Assembly: GCA_944393375.1 (NCBI GenBank)
Contig: CALXZX010000006.1
Span: forward strand, 1,366 to 65,365
Source: an uncultured Clostridia bacterium
GTDB lineage: Bacteria > Bacillota > Clostridia > TANB77 > CAG-508
Length of the DNA: 64,000 bases
Reading direction: 5' to 3'
The stretch's first letter is position 1, and every line of letters starts with the position of its first letter. A program made the translations under genes and the position numbers. Below are positions 28,775-38,480 of the stretch, piece after piece. The notes beneath the pieces are model-generated. The model was not told the DNA's origin. It searched no databases and worked only from the letters and a program-made list of their open reading frames with translations.

Positions 28775-29573
28775 TTCGTTATCACAAGAAAGAAAACAAT
28801 ATATCAAACATAATCGAAAAAGAAAAATATTAGTATTTATAACACAGGTAGCAATATTAATTGGATTTTTAGCTATATGGGAAATATTGGCCAATATGAA
28901 TGTAATTGATAGTTTTATCATGAGTCAGCCAAGTAGAATATGGGAAACACTAACAAACTTAGGCTCAAATGATTTATTAACACATATTGGTGTCACAGTT
29001 TATGAAACAGTTGTCGGATTTTTATTAGGAACGATTTTAGGAACAATCATTGCGATTATGTTATGGTGGTCTAGATTTCTTTCAAATGTATTAGAACCTT
29101 ATTTAGTAGTATTAAATAGTTTACCCAAAGTTGCTTTAGGACCTGTTATTATCATATGGGTAGGAGCAGGAACACCAGCCATTATTGTGATGGCAGTTGC
29201 GATTTCTTTAGTTGTTACTATATTAGAAAATTTAAATGGATTTATAAAAACAGATAAAGACTTAATTAAAATGGCAAAAACATTTAAAGCTACAAAATTG
29301 CAAATATTAACCAAAATTGTTATACCAGCAAATATCTCTACGTTTATCAATTCCTTAAAAGTGAATATTGGACTTTCTTTAGTAGGTGTCATTTCTGGAG
29401 AATTTTTAGTATCTAAAGCAGGTTTGGGATATTTGATTGTATATGGAGGGCAAGTATTTAAACTAGATTTGGTTATGGCAAGTGTGATCATACTTGGTGT
29501 TGTAGCAGGACTTATGTATTTAGCTGTGCTATTATTAGAGAAAATAATATTAAAATCTAAAAAATTTCAATAA
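28767..29573 (+). CDS. ABC transporter permease (NitT/TauT, SsuC-like)
   Basis: The ATG at 28767 overlaps the upstream stop (ATGAATAA). Six TM helices with a BPD_transp_1-type loop. Confidence 0.85.
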   Translation: MNNSLSQERKQYIKHNRKRKILVFITQVAILIGFLAIWEILANMNVIDSFIMSQPSRIWETLTNLGSNDLLTHIGVTVYETVVGFLLGTILGTIIAIMLWWSRFLSNVLEPYLVVLNSLPKVALGPVIIIWVGAGTPAIIVMAVAISLVVTILENLNGFIKTDKDLIKMAKTFKATKLQILTKIVIPANISTFINSLKVNIGLSLVGVISGEFLVSKAGLGYLIVYGGQVFKLDLVMASVIILGVVAGLMYLAVLLLEKIILKSKKFQ

Positions 29574-29585
29574 TAGAATATGAAA

Positions 29586-29627
29586 AAGACATAATTTGAA
29601 TATTGGAAATAAAGAATTATGTCTTTT
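29586..29627 (+). terminator. Hairpin after the permease gene
   Basis: AAGACATAATT (29586-29596) / AATTATGTCTT (29615-29625), then TT. Confidence 0.6.
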
Positions 29628-29639
29628 AATGTTAAATAA

Positions 29640-29668
29640 TTGAAAGGAATTTAAAAAATTGATATAAT
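29640..29668 (+). promoter_or_regulatory. Sigma-A-type promoter, TTGAAA-17 nt-TGaTATAAT
   Basis: -35 at 29640-29645, extended -10 at 29660-29668, upstream of the 29717 gene. Confidence 0.55.
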
Positions 29669-29716
29669 GTTAATGATTAATATGAATTTTACATAAATTC
29701 GGAAGTAGGTATAAGT

Positions 29717-30970
29717 ATGGAGATATTTATTAGTATATTAGTTGGAATAATCATTATAGGAATAATTTTATTTTGTTTTTTAAAAAATACTGTAAAAAAG
29801 AATAAAAATGAAGAAAAAGAAATTGGAGTATTGGAAAATATAGATGAAAGTTGTTTTCCAGGGATTCAAATTATAGGAGATGAAAGGAATATTCCATCAG
29901 AAAAAAATAAAATTGTAGATAGTGATATAAAAAAGGCTATATCTATTATAGATAATACTATACCAAATGTGGTAATGATAGGAAAAAATATTAGAAATGG
30001 TGCTGAATCTTTAAATAAAAATAGAGATTTTTTTTCAGCTGTTAAAAGAGAAACTAAAAATATGATGAGAGTAAAGGGGACAGATGAATGGTATGGTACA
30101 CAAATGATAGGTAATAAATTTAGTGGACAAACTAAATTTATTAAAGAGAATGAAATGATTAGTCAAGTAGGAAAAGATGCAATTGTCAATGTGACTTTTT
30201 CTACGGCATCAATGGTAGTTGGACAATATTATATGAATGAAATTAATAATAAATTAGATGATATACGTGATGAAATAAGTGAAATTACAAATTTTTTGGA
30301 TTCTGAATATCAAGGAAAATTATTAAAGATTATTTCAAAAATGAAAGAAATAATTGATAATAAAGTTGAAATTTTAAATAATGATTTTTCAAAAAGTAAA
30401 AGGTACGAAGAAATTTTAAATTTGGAATCTACTTGTGCAGAATTGTTAGGACAAGCCAATGAAATGATAAGAAATAATATTGCTGAAAATGATATAGATT
30501 ATAAAAAATATGAAAAAAAAATAAAAGAAATTGATAAATGGTTTTTAAGACAACAAATACTACAAATGTTACTATTAGAGATAGGAAATTTGAGATATAT
30601 TTTAGCAAATGGAAACGAAACTTCAAAATTAAGTCATATGCAATACAATAATTATTTAGCACAAAGCAATTCTATAAATGAAAAATTGAAAGAGTGGCAT
30701 ACTTTAATTAGCAAAAAACTAGGTATTGATATTAAAGCATCAAGAATGAATGGTAAATTTTTTGGAATTAAAAAACATACAATTGGTAAAATAAATGAAA
30801 ATTGGGCATATCATAAACTTAATAACGAAATAGCAAATTTAATAGAAAGTCAAACAAATATAAAGAAATTAGTACCATACACGAATAAAAAACAAGATGA
30901 AGTTATCAAGATACAGAAATATAATGGAGAATACTATAATTTGTTGAAAGAAGATTCAACTGATGAGTAG
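29717..30970 (+). CDS. Hypothetical membrane-anchored helical protein (417 aa)
   Basis: N-terminal TM (ILVGIIIIGIILFCFL), then a long predicted helical/coiled region. No motif I recognise. Confidence 0.6.
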   Translation: MEIFISILVGIIIIGIILFCFLKNTVKKNKNEEKEIGVLENIDESCFPGIQIIGDERNIPSEKNKIVDSDIKKAISIIDNTIPNVVMIGKNIRNGAESLNKNRDFFSAVKRETKNMMRVKGTDEWYGTQMIGNKFSGQTKFIKENEMISQVGKDAIVNVTFSTASMVVGQYYMNEINNKLDDIRDEISEITNFLDSEYQGKLLKIISKMKEIIDNKVEILNNDFSKSKRYEEILNLESTCAELLGQANEMIRNNIAENDIDYKKYEKKIKEIDKWFLRQQILQMLLLEIGNLRYILANGNETSKLSHMQYNNYLAQSNSINEKLKEWHTLISKKLGIDIKASRMNGKFFGIKKHTIGKINENWAYHKLNNEIANLIESQTNIKKLVPYTNKKQDEVIKIQKYNGEYYNLLKEDSTDE

Positions 30971-30997
30971 TAAAAATAATAAAATAAGGGGAATGTT

Positions 30998-31915
30998 ATG
31001 AAAAAAAAATTAGGAGAAATTTTTTTGTTTTCAAAAGATTTTGATTTTAGTAAAATTGAAGATGGTTATGGGAGCAGATATTCAGATGGTAGTGGCTACT
31101 TTGATGGAAATGATGGTACGAAAATACAAATGTATTCAGATGGTAGTGGCTATTACGAGGGTGCTGATGGTAGTACAGGGCAAATATATTCGGATGGCAG
31201 TGGCTATTATGAAGGTACTGATGGTAGCAGAGGAAATAGAAATTCAGATGGTAGTGGATATTTTGAAGATGAATATGGGACTACAGAATATTATAATAGT
31301 AATCATGCACATGATGCTTCCACAAATTCTGAAGATTTTGGATTGATAGAGGGATTAGGATCATTATTACTAGTTTTTACATTAGGAAAATTAAGTAAGA
31401 AAATATCAAAAAAAGAAGATAATGAGAACTACGAAGAAAAAAAAGAAGATGAAAACGAGGAAGAAGACGAAGATGAGCAAGAAGAAAAGGATGATGAGGA
31501 GCAAAAAGAGGTAAAAACTCAAAAAACTAGAAAAAAATACAGAACAAAAAAGAAAAAGAATAATGATATAAAAATCTTATTAATATGTTTTAGTTTTATG
31601 TTTTTATTAATAATAGTGAGTTTTATCATGGAATATATATATTCAACACCAAAAGAGGGAGAAATTAAAATTTCTATCAATGTTAAAGATTATATAGGAG
31701 TTAATTATGAACAAGTCAAAGAAAAATTTGAAGATATGGGATTTACAAATATAAAGTGTGTACCTAATGAAGATCTCATTACAGGTTGGATAAATGAAAA
31801 TGGATCAGCTGATAGAATAACCATTGATAATGATAGTGATGTAAAAAAAGATGAAATATTTCCAGAAGATGCAGAAGTTGTAATAACTTATCATTCTTTT
31901 AAAATCAAGAATTAA
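30998..31915 (+). CDS. Hypothetical two-TM protein with MORN-like SDGSGY repeats and a PASTA-like C-terminal domain
   Basis: Four 18-aa repeats, a TM, an extremely acidic then basic linker (EEKKEDENEEEDEDEQEEKDDEE...KKYRTKKKKNN), a second TM, and an ~85-aa C-terminal domain. Confidence 0.6.
   Translation: MKKKLGEIFLFSKDFDFSKIEDGYGSRYSDGSGYFDGNDGTKIQMYSDGSGYYEGADGSTGQIYSDGSGYYEGTDGSRGNRNSDGSGYFEDEYGTTEYYNSNHAHDASTNSEDFGLIEGLGSLLLVFTLGKLSKKISKKEDNENYEEKKEDENEEEDEDEQEEKDDEEQKEVKTQKTRKKYRTKKKKNNDIKILLICFSFMFLLIIVSFIMEYIYSTPKEGEIKISINVKDYIGVNYEQVKEKFEDMGFTNIKCVPNEDLITGWINENGSADRITIDNDSDVKKDEIFPEDAEVVITYHSFKIKN
31082..31297 (+). repeat. 4 x 54-bp in-frame tandem repeat (SDGSGY(F/Y)(D/E)Gx DGxxGxxY)
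   Basis: TCAGATGGTAGTGGCTA... recurs at 31082, 31136, 31190 and 31244. Confidence 0.85.
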
Positions 31916-32046
31916 TTTAATAATTTGATTATTTTGAAAGATTATAAGAAATAATAGTATATGATTATTTTGTTTATATGGAAACTATGATAGACATAAT
32001 GAAAATATTGAATTATTAAAAGAAACCAAGAAAGATAAAACGATAG

Positions 32047-32080
32047 AAGAATTGCTATATAATGTAGTAATTCTTTTTTT
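32047..32080 (+). terminator. Intrinsic terminator after the two-gene insert
   Basis: AAGAATTGCTA / TAGTAATTCTT stem (one G-U pair) followed by TTTTTT. Confidence 0.6.
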
Positions 32081-32184
32081 ATATATGAGGTAATTTAAAT
32101 GATATAAAATAAATTTATAAAAGTAAATTTCACACATTCTAACAAGCAACATAAAATATAAGAAGAAAAATAAGGAGGTGTAAA

Positions 32185-33204
32185 ATGAATAAAAAAAGAA
32201 GAATTGTACTAGTGGTGGTAATCTTAGTAATTGCAATCGTTATTGCTGTTATAGTGGCAAAATGTCAGACAGGAAACAATGAAGATGCTTTACAAACGAT
32301 TAATGTAAGTGAAGTAACCCGTTCTGTTTTTTATGCACCACAATATGTAGCAATCAATAATGGATATTTTGAAGAAAAAGGACTCAAAATTGAATTATCT
32401 ACTGGTCAAGGGGCAGATGCCGTCATGACAAGTGTATTGGCAAATCAAGTAGAAATTGGATTTGCAGGTCCAGAAGCTTCAATTTATGTATATAACGAAG
32501 GAAAAGAAGATTATACAGAGGTATTTGCACAATTAACCAAAAAAGATGGATCATTATTGGTTTCTAGAACAGATGAAGAAAATTTTAGTTGGGAAAATTT
32601 AAAAGGTAAAACGGTTATTCCAGGAAGAAAAGGTGGCGTACCATACATGACATTAGAATATGTTCTAAAAAAGAATGGAATTAATCCAGAAACAGATGTG
32701 GTATTAGATGATAGTATTAAATTTGATTTAATGGCAGGTGCTTTTGCAGCTGGAAATGCTGACTATGTAACTTTATTTGAACCAACAGCTTCTTTAACAG
32801 AACAAGAAGGAAAAGGATATGTTGTGGCATCAGTTGGAGAAGAAGCAGGAGAAATACCATATACAGCATATTTTGCTAAAAAAAGCTATATTGAAGCAAA
32901 TGAAGAAATTATTCAAAATTTTACAGATGCGATTTATAAAGGACAAATTTGGGTAAAAGAACATACAGCTAAAGAAATTGCAACTGTTATACAAGACTTT
33001 TTCCCAGATACAAGTATTGAAATGTTAACAGAGGCAATACAAACATATAAAGATATTGATGCATGGAATGAAACACCTGTATTAGAAGAAGAAAGTTTTG
33101 ATAGACTTCAAGAAGTAATGACATTGGCTGGAGAGCTAGAAAATCCAGCACCTTATGACAAGGTTGTTAATAATACGTATGCTATTGAAAGTATTGGAAA
33201 TTAA
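32185..33204 (+). CDS. ABC transporter substrate-binding protein (NMT1/THI5/SsuA-like)
   Basis: N-terminal membrane anchor/signal, then FYAPQYVAINNGYFEEKGLKIEL...GQGADAV...IGFAGPEA, typical of NitT/TauT-family binding proteins. Confidence 0.8.
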   Translation: MNKKRRIVLVVVILVIAIVIAVIVAKCQTGNNEDALQTINVSEVTRSVFYAPQYVAINNGYFEEKGLKIELSTGQGADAVMTSVLANQVEIGFAGPEASIYVYNEGKEDYTEVFAQLTKKDGSLLVSRTDEENFSWENLKGKTVIPGRKGGVPYMTLEYVLKKNGINPETDVVLDDSIKFDLMAGAFAAGNADYVTLFEPTASLTEQEGKGYVVASVGEEAGEIPYTAYFAKKSYIEANEEIIQNFTDAIYKGQIWVKEHTAKEIATVIQDFFPDTSIEMLTEAIQTYKDIDAWNETPVLEEESFDRLQEVMTLAGELENPAPYDKVVNNTYAIESIGN

Positions 33205-33283
33205 TTTTTACTAACATGTAAAAAAACATATTGACAAATGAAACCCATAATGTTATATTTACCAATGAAGGAGAAGTGATAAT

Positions 33284-33616
33284 ATGAATATAGATTTTTC
33301 TAATATTGGTAAAAGAATACAAGCAACAAGAATAGAAAATAAAATTAGTCAAAAAGAAATGGCAGATTTCTTAGGAATATCTCTAAATTATATAAGTAAA
33401 TTAGAAAATGGAAAAACAAATATAGATTTAAAAACATTCATGAAAATATGTGATTTCTTAAATATTTCTATTTATGATGTTCTAAATGAGAAAAGTGATA
33501 ATATAATAAGATATATGGATAAAGAATTATATGAATTAATTATCAAATGCAATCTTGAAAAACAAAAATTGATATATAATATGGTAAAGTTATTGATAAA
33601 AAACCAAGTGGTATAA
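33284..33616 (+). CDS. XRE-family helix-turn-helix transcriptional regulator
   Basis: ISQKEMADFLGISLNYISKLENGKTN HTH_3 motif. Promoter TTGACA-17-TATATT at 33231-33259. Confidence 0.8.
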   Translation: MNIDFSNIGKRIQATRIENKISQKEMADFLGISLNYISKLENGKTNIDLKTFMKICDFLNISIYDVLNEKSDNIIRYMDKELYELIIKCNLEKQKLIYNMVKLLIKNQVV

Positions 33617-33794
33617 GAAATGATATGGCAAGAATATTTTATTATGTTTTCATGTGTATATGAAGGAAAGTAGTTCTATAAATTTTAACAAATTTTGGAA
33701 AAAAGTCAAAAATTTGACTTTTTTTTAGATTTATAGTATACTATTCCGGTACTACTTTTTTAAAAATATAAAATATTTAAGGAGAAGGATTACA

Positions 33795-35093
33795 ATGAAA
33801 AGTAAAATGAATATAAAAAGCATTTTTATTATGGCAATTATATCATTAGCTAGTTTGCTTTTTATAAATATCAGCTTAGCAGCAAATACTGGAACAATCA
33901 ATGTGGATGTTGCTAATTTAAGGGAGACAGCAGATGCTGAAAGTACAATCTTGGAACAAATTACTTTGAATCAAGAAGTCGAAATTGTGGGAGAAGAAGG
34001 TGACTGGTATCAAGTTACATATAATAATATTACAGGATATGTAAGCAAAGAGCTAGTTACAGTAAATTCAAATCCAGAACCTACACAAGAGAATAATCAA
34101 GTAAGTGAAAATAGTACACAAGAAAACAATGAAACAGTAGAAAATACAGCAGAAGAAGGTACTGAAACAGACAGTACAGAAGAAATAACATTGGGAGAAT
34201 ATAAAATTTCAGAAAATACAAGACTAAAATTAATACCATCAATTAATGCAACAGATGTGATAGAATTAAAAACAGATGAGACAGTTACTGTCACAGAAAT
34301 CATGAATGGATGGGCATGTGTAGAAACACAAACAACAAAAGGTTGGTTAAGGAAAGATAAATTAAAGAAAGATGAGCCAGTGGAAGAAACAGTTGAAGAA
34401 GTTCCAGAAGAACCAGCTCAAGAAACACCAATCAAAACACAATATGTAAATTCTACAACTGTTAACGTAAGACAAGAAGCAAATACTTCTAGTACAATTG
34501 TAACGACTGTAGCTTTAAATACAGAAGTTCAAGTTTATAGTGAAGAAAATGGCTGGAGTAAAGTAAAAGTAAATAATGTAGAAGGATATATTTCAACTTC
34601 ATTATTATCAAATAGTAAACAAGAAACATCAAGAAGCCAAAGTACTTCTAGAAGAACAAGTAGTACAAAAACAACCACAAATAAAACTAGTCAGACAACG
34701 ACTCAAACCACAAATGTGCCAGCATCTAGTAATGGTTCATCAATTGTGGCAACAGCAAAACAATATTTAGGATATAAATATACTTATGGAGGAAGTTCAC
34801 CAAGTACAGGATTTGACTGTTCAGGATTTACTTCATATATATTTAAACAACATGGAATATCTTTAAATAGAACTGCTGCTGGACAATACAGTAATGGTGT
34901 ATCTGTTAGTAGAGCAAATTTACAACCAGGTGACTTAGTTATGTTTGGTAAATCAGGAATTAACCATGTGGCAATATATATTGGTGGAGGACAAATTATC
35001 CATGCATCAACTCCATCAACAGGAGTTAGAATTGATTCTTTAAGCACAGGATATTATAATAATAATTATGTAGGTGCAAGAAGAATACTATAA
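33795..35093 (+). CDS. Secreted cell-wall hydrolase: SH3b repeats + NlpC/P60 (C40) peptidase
   Basis: Signal peptide and three SH3b-like units (GxVNVRxxAxxxSxIv...GW.kV...G.eGYi). C-terminal YTYGGSSPSTGFDCSGF...NHVAIYIGGGQIIHAS. Confidence 0.85.
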   Translation: MKSKMNIKSIFIMAIISLASLLFINISLAANTGTINVDVANLRETADAESTILEQITLNQEVEIVGEEGDWYQVTYNNITGYVSKELVTVNSNPEPTQENNQVSENSTQENNETVENTAEEGTETDSTEEITLGEYKISENTRLKLIPSINATDVIELKTDETVTVTEIMNGWACVETQTTKGWLRKDKLKKDEPVEETVEEVPEEPAQETPIKTQYVNSTTVNVRQEANTSSTIVTTVALNTEVQVYSEENGWSKVKVNNVEGYISTSLLSNSKQETSRSQSTSRRTSSTKTTTNKTSQTTTQTTNVPASSNGSSIVATAKQYLGYKYTYGGSSPSTGFDCSGFTSYIFKQHGISLNRTAAGQYSNGVSVSRANLQPGDLVMFGKSGINHVAIYIGGGQIIHASTPSTGVRIDSLSTGYYNNNYVGARRIL

Positions 35094-37599
35094 TGATAAT
35101 GAAATTGGAGGAGATAATATTAAAAGACCAATTGTCGTTATAGTTATAGGATATATAATCGGAATTATTTGGGGGCTATACTTTGAATTTAGTATAGTCC
35201 TTTTATATATCCTAATAACTTTTCTTTATGTGTTAAAAATATGTTTTAGAAGTAAAAAACATAAAAAATTTCAAATTTTATCTAGTTATCGATATATTCG
35301 ATATATCAAATTAATTTTAACAAAACAAGTTATTGTTTTAATCATAATCAGTTCTATTATTTCAAATACAATTCTCATATTTCAAGAAAATCAATATAAA
35401 AATCTATATCCTGAAGAAAGTATAATGGTTGAAGGAATTATTATCAGTAATCAGGAAGAAAGAGAATATAAAAATCGATATAAAGTAAACGTATTAACAG
35501 TGAATTCATCTAATAAATATCATTTTACACAAATCTATATAGATGTGAAAAAAGATGTTCAATTAGAATATGGTGACAAAGTAATATTACAAGGAGAATT
35601 TCGAAAAGGAAATGAACAAAGAAATACAGGTGGATTTGATTATCAGTTGTATTTAAAATCAATCAACATATATGGGACATTAAATGTAGAGAGTTATGAA
35701 ACAATATCTTCAGATAATGTAAATTGGATTGAAAAAAGTATCAACAAAATCAAGTTAACAATTACAGAAAATATTGAAAAAGTATTAGAAAAAGAGGAAG
35801 AACAAATTGTAAAAGGACTAATTTTAGGGGATACCACAGTTTTAGAAGAAGAATTAAAAGAAAAATTTCAAGTAGCAAATATTTCTCATGTTCTAGCAGT
35901 ATCTGGCATGCATATTATTTATATCATAATGGGAATAGAAATGCTTTTAAAAAAGCTGTTAGGAAAAAGAAATGTGAGATATGTTGTTATTACTGGTTTA
36001 ATATTCTATATGAGCATAACAGGTTTTACAAGTTCGATTGTAAGAGCAGGTATTATGGGAATCATGAATGTAGTTGCTTTTTTAGTGTATAGGAAAAATG
36101 ATATTTGGACATCAATGGCTATTTCATTGGAAATTATATTAATACAAAATCCATATGCAATTACAGGAGTTGGATTACAATTATCGTATTTAGGTACTAT
36201 TGGGATTATTCTTTTTTCTAAAAATATAAAACAGTATTTAGATAATATAAAATGGATAAAGAATAATATACGAATAAAAAGAAATAAACGAATTTCTAAA
36301 ATAGTAAAAAATTTAAAAGACATGATATCTGTTACACTTTCTGCACAATTTATGATTTTTCCAATTATGTTATATCATTTTAATATGATAGGAATCTATT
36401 TTGTAATAACCAATATTTTAGTCAGTGTTATTATTGGACCAATTATGTTTTTATCTATTATTTTTATCTTTGTTTCATTTATTCACTTACAAATTTCACA
36501 ACATATTTCTATTTTTTTATCATTTGGTATTAAATGTTTAATACAAATCTCTAATTTAGCCAATTTGCCTTTTTCAAAAATATATGTATCTACACCAAGT
36601 ATCTTAGGTATCATTATCTATTACATATTTATTTTTTCAAGTAATCAAATATATATCATTTATACCAACAAATATTTAAATAGTACAAAAAGAAGATTTA
36701 AAAATCTAATTGCACTTATGAAATACAAACTATATGAAGAAAAGAAAAAAATAAGGAAAATGTATCAGAAAATTTTGAGAGAAAGAAATGTAAAAGCATT
36801 GATTGTGAAAACATATAAAGTGATTTTCTTAATAATTTTTTTGATAGGAATTTGTCAATTTCCTAAAAATTTAGAAATTCATTTCTTAGATGTGGGGCAA
36901 GGAGATTCTTGTTTTATTATAACGCCAGAACAGAAAACCATTTTTATTGATGGAGGAGGAAGTACTTCAAATACATTTGATGTTGGAAAAGAGACATTGA
37001 TTCCTTATTTATTAGACAAAGGGTATACAAAGTTAGATTATGTATTTATTTCTCATTTTGACCAAGACCATGTAGGTGGTATATTGTCAATATTACAAGA
37101 ATTGAAGGTAGGGCAAGTATTTATTAGCAAACAAGGAGAAAAAAGTGAAAATTATGAAACATTTTTAGAATTGGTAAATGAGAAAAAAATAAACGTACAA
37201 GAAGTAAAAGCAGGTGACAAAGTTACAATAGGAGATATTACTTTTCATGTATTATGGCCGATAGAAAAACAAATAGAAGAAAATATATTAAATAATAATG
37301 CCATGGTTATGAAATTACAGTATAGAAGTTTTAGCATGTTATTTACTGGTGATATAGAAGAAATAGCTGAGAAGAAAATTTTACATATATATAAAAACGA
37401 TTTAGATATTTTACAATCTTCTGTTTTAAAAGTAGCTCATCATGGTTCTAAAAGTTCATCAACAGAAGAATTCTTAAAAGCAGTAAATGGTGAGGTTGCT
37501 ATTATCGGAGTAGGAGAAAACAACATGTTTGGACATCCAAGTAATGTTGTTTTAGAAAGGTTACAATCGTTTCGGTATGCAGATTTTCAGGACAGATGA
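35074..37599 (+). CDS. comEC: DNA internalisation competence protein ComEC/Rec2; the last ~36 codons continue in the +1 frame to 37684 (apparent frameshift at 37573)
   Basis: Competence-domain SHVLAVSGMHI, many TM helices, and a metallo-beta-lactamase domain (FLDVGQGDS, SHFDQDHVGG, KVAHHGS). The expected C-terminus GMQIFRTDENGEISISV is read in the next frame. Confidence 0.85.
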   Translation: MQEEYYNDNEIGGDNIKRPIVVIVIGYIIGIIWGLYFEFSIVLLYILITFLYVLKICFRSKKHKKFQILSSYRYIRYIKLILTKQVIVLIIISSIISNTILIFQENQYKNLYPEESIMVEGIIISNQEEREYKNRYKVNVLTVNSSNKYHFTQIYIDVKKDVQLEYGDKVILQGEFRKGNEQRNTGGFDYQLYLKSINIYGTLNVESYETISSDNVNWIEKSINKIKLTITENIEKVLEKEEEQIVKGLILGDTTVLEEELKEKFQVANISHVLAVSGMHIIYIIMGIEMLLKKLLGKRNVRYVVITGLIFYMSITGFTSSIVRAGIMGIMNVVAFLVYRKNDIWTSMAISLEIILIQNPYAITGVGLQLSYLGTIGIILFSKNIKQYLDNIKWIKNNIRIKRNKRISKIVKNLKDMISVTLSAQFMIFPIMLYHFNMIGIYFVITNILVSVIIGPIMFLSIIFIFVSFIHLQISQHISIFLSFGIKCLIQISNLANLPFSKIYVSTPSILGIIIYYIFIFSSNQIYIIYTNKYLNSTKRRFKNLIALMKYKLYEEKKKIRKMYQKILRERNVKALIVKTYKVIFLIIFLIGICQFPKNLEIHFLDVGQGDSCFIITPEQKTIFIDGGGSTSNTFDVGKETLIPYLLDKGYTKLDYVFISHFDQDHVGGILSILQELKVGQVFISKQGEKSENYETFLELVNEKKINVQEVKAGDKVTIGDITFHVLWPIEKQIEENILNNNAMVMKLQYRSFSMLFTGDIEEIAEKKILHIYKNDLDILQSSVLKVAHHGSKSSSTEEFLKAVNGEVAIIGVGENNMFGHPSNVVLERLQSFRYADFQDR

Positions 37600-37777
37600 A
37601 AACGGAGAGATTAGTATAAGTGTTAATCATAAAGGAAGGATTTGTGTAAGAAAGTTTATAGGAAATATAGTGAATAAAAAATAAATGTATAAACTGTAAA
37701 AAAAGGTAAATAATACTATAAAAAGGTGAATAAAGGTAAAATTGATAAAAATCGATTTCATCTTTAGAAAGGAATGT

Positions 37778-38389
37778 ATGAATATGAAAAAAAGTATAAT
37801 CATTTCAGCCATTATTGTATTATTTATCTTAGGAACAGTTATGGGGGCTATTTTAATAAAAAATTTTTCAGGAGAGAAAAAAGAAACACAAATTGCTGAA
37901 CAAAATCAAGAAGAAATTTATGATGAATGTACAGATGAATATGAAGAAATGTTACAGAGTAATACATTAGTAGAGGAGACAAGTTCAGGAGGAGAAAAGA
38001 TATCTCCTAATTGTTCTATTATATTTAGGAGACATTATAATGATTGTGGACACACATTGGAACAGTATGCTAGTATTCCAACAGAATTGGTTAATAAAAC
38101 AGAAGAAGATTTACAAGAACAATATCAAGGGTGGACAATTGAAGAATTTTCACGAAATCAAATTGTATTGTATAGAGATTTTGATAGTGAATGTGGAGAA
38201 CATTATGTATTGAGAGAAAAAGATGGAAAAGTGGTTGTGTATTTAAAAACAGGTGATACAGAAGAATTAATAGAAGAAACAGATATCGCAACAGAATTCT
38301 TAACAGAAACAGATAGAATTGAATTGCAAAATGGTATTGAAGCAAATGGGAGAGTAGAATTAAATCAGTTAATAGAGGATTACGAATAA
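37778..38389 (+). CDS. Membrane-anchored protein, possibly BofC-C-terminal-domain-like
   Basis: N-terminal TM, then GWTIEEFSRNQIVLYRDFDSECGEHYVLREKDGKVVVY, which resembles the BofC C-terminal domain pattern. Start chosen at the ATG at 37778, after AAAGGA. Confidence 0.35.
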   Translation: MNMKKSIIISAIIVLFILGTVMGAILIKNFSGEKKETQIAEQNQEEIYDECTDEYEEMLQSNTLVEETSSGGEKISPNCSIIFRRHYNDCGHTLEQYASIPTELVNKTEEDLQEQYQGWTIEEFSRNQIVLYRDFDSECGEHYVLREKDGKVVVYLKTGDTEELIEETDIATEFLTETDRIELQNGIEANGRVELNQLIEDYE

Positions 38390-38392
38390 AAA

Positions 38393-38421
38393 TTGAAAAA
38401 ATTATGTAAATGTGGTATAAT
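38393..38421 (+). promoter_or_regulatory. Sigma-A-type promoter, TTGAAA-17 nt-TGgTATAAT
   Basis: -35 at 38393-38398, extended -10 at 38413-38421. Confidence 0.6.
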
Positions 38422-38480
38422 AAAAGAGGTAACATGTTGTAGTCCCAGCCCAAAGGGTTATTTGGGCGGAAAGGAAAAAG

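Noticed and set aside
31041-31346. 101-aa + strand ORF in an alternative frame of the SDGSGY repeat region
   Set aside because: It is the same strand and a different frame of a repeat. Its periodic MVV.../QMVVA translation is an echo of the 54-bp repeat, and the main frame has the RBS and continues for 305 aa.
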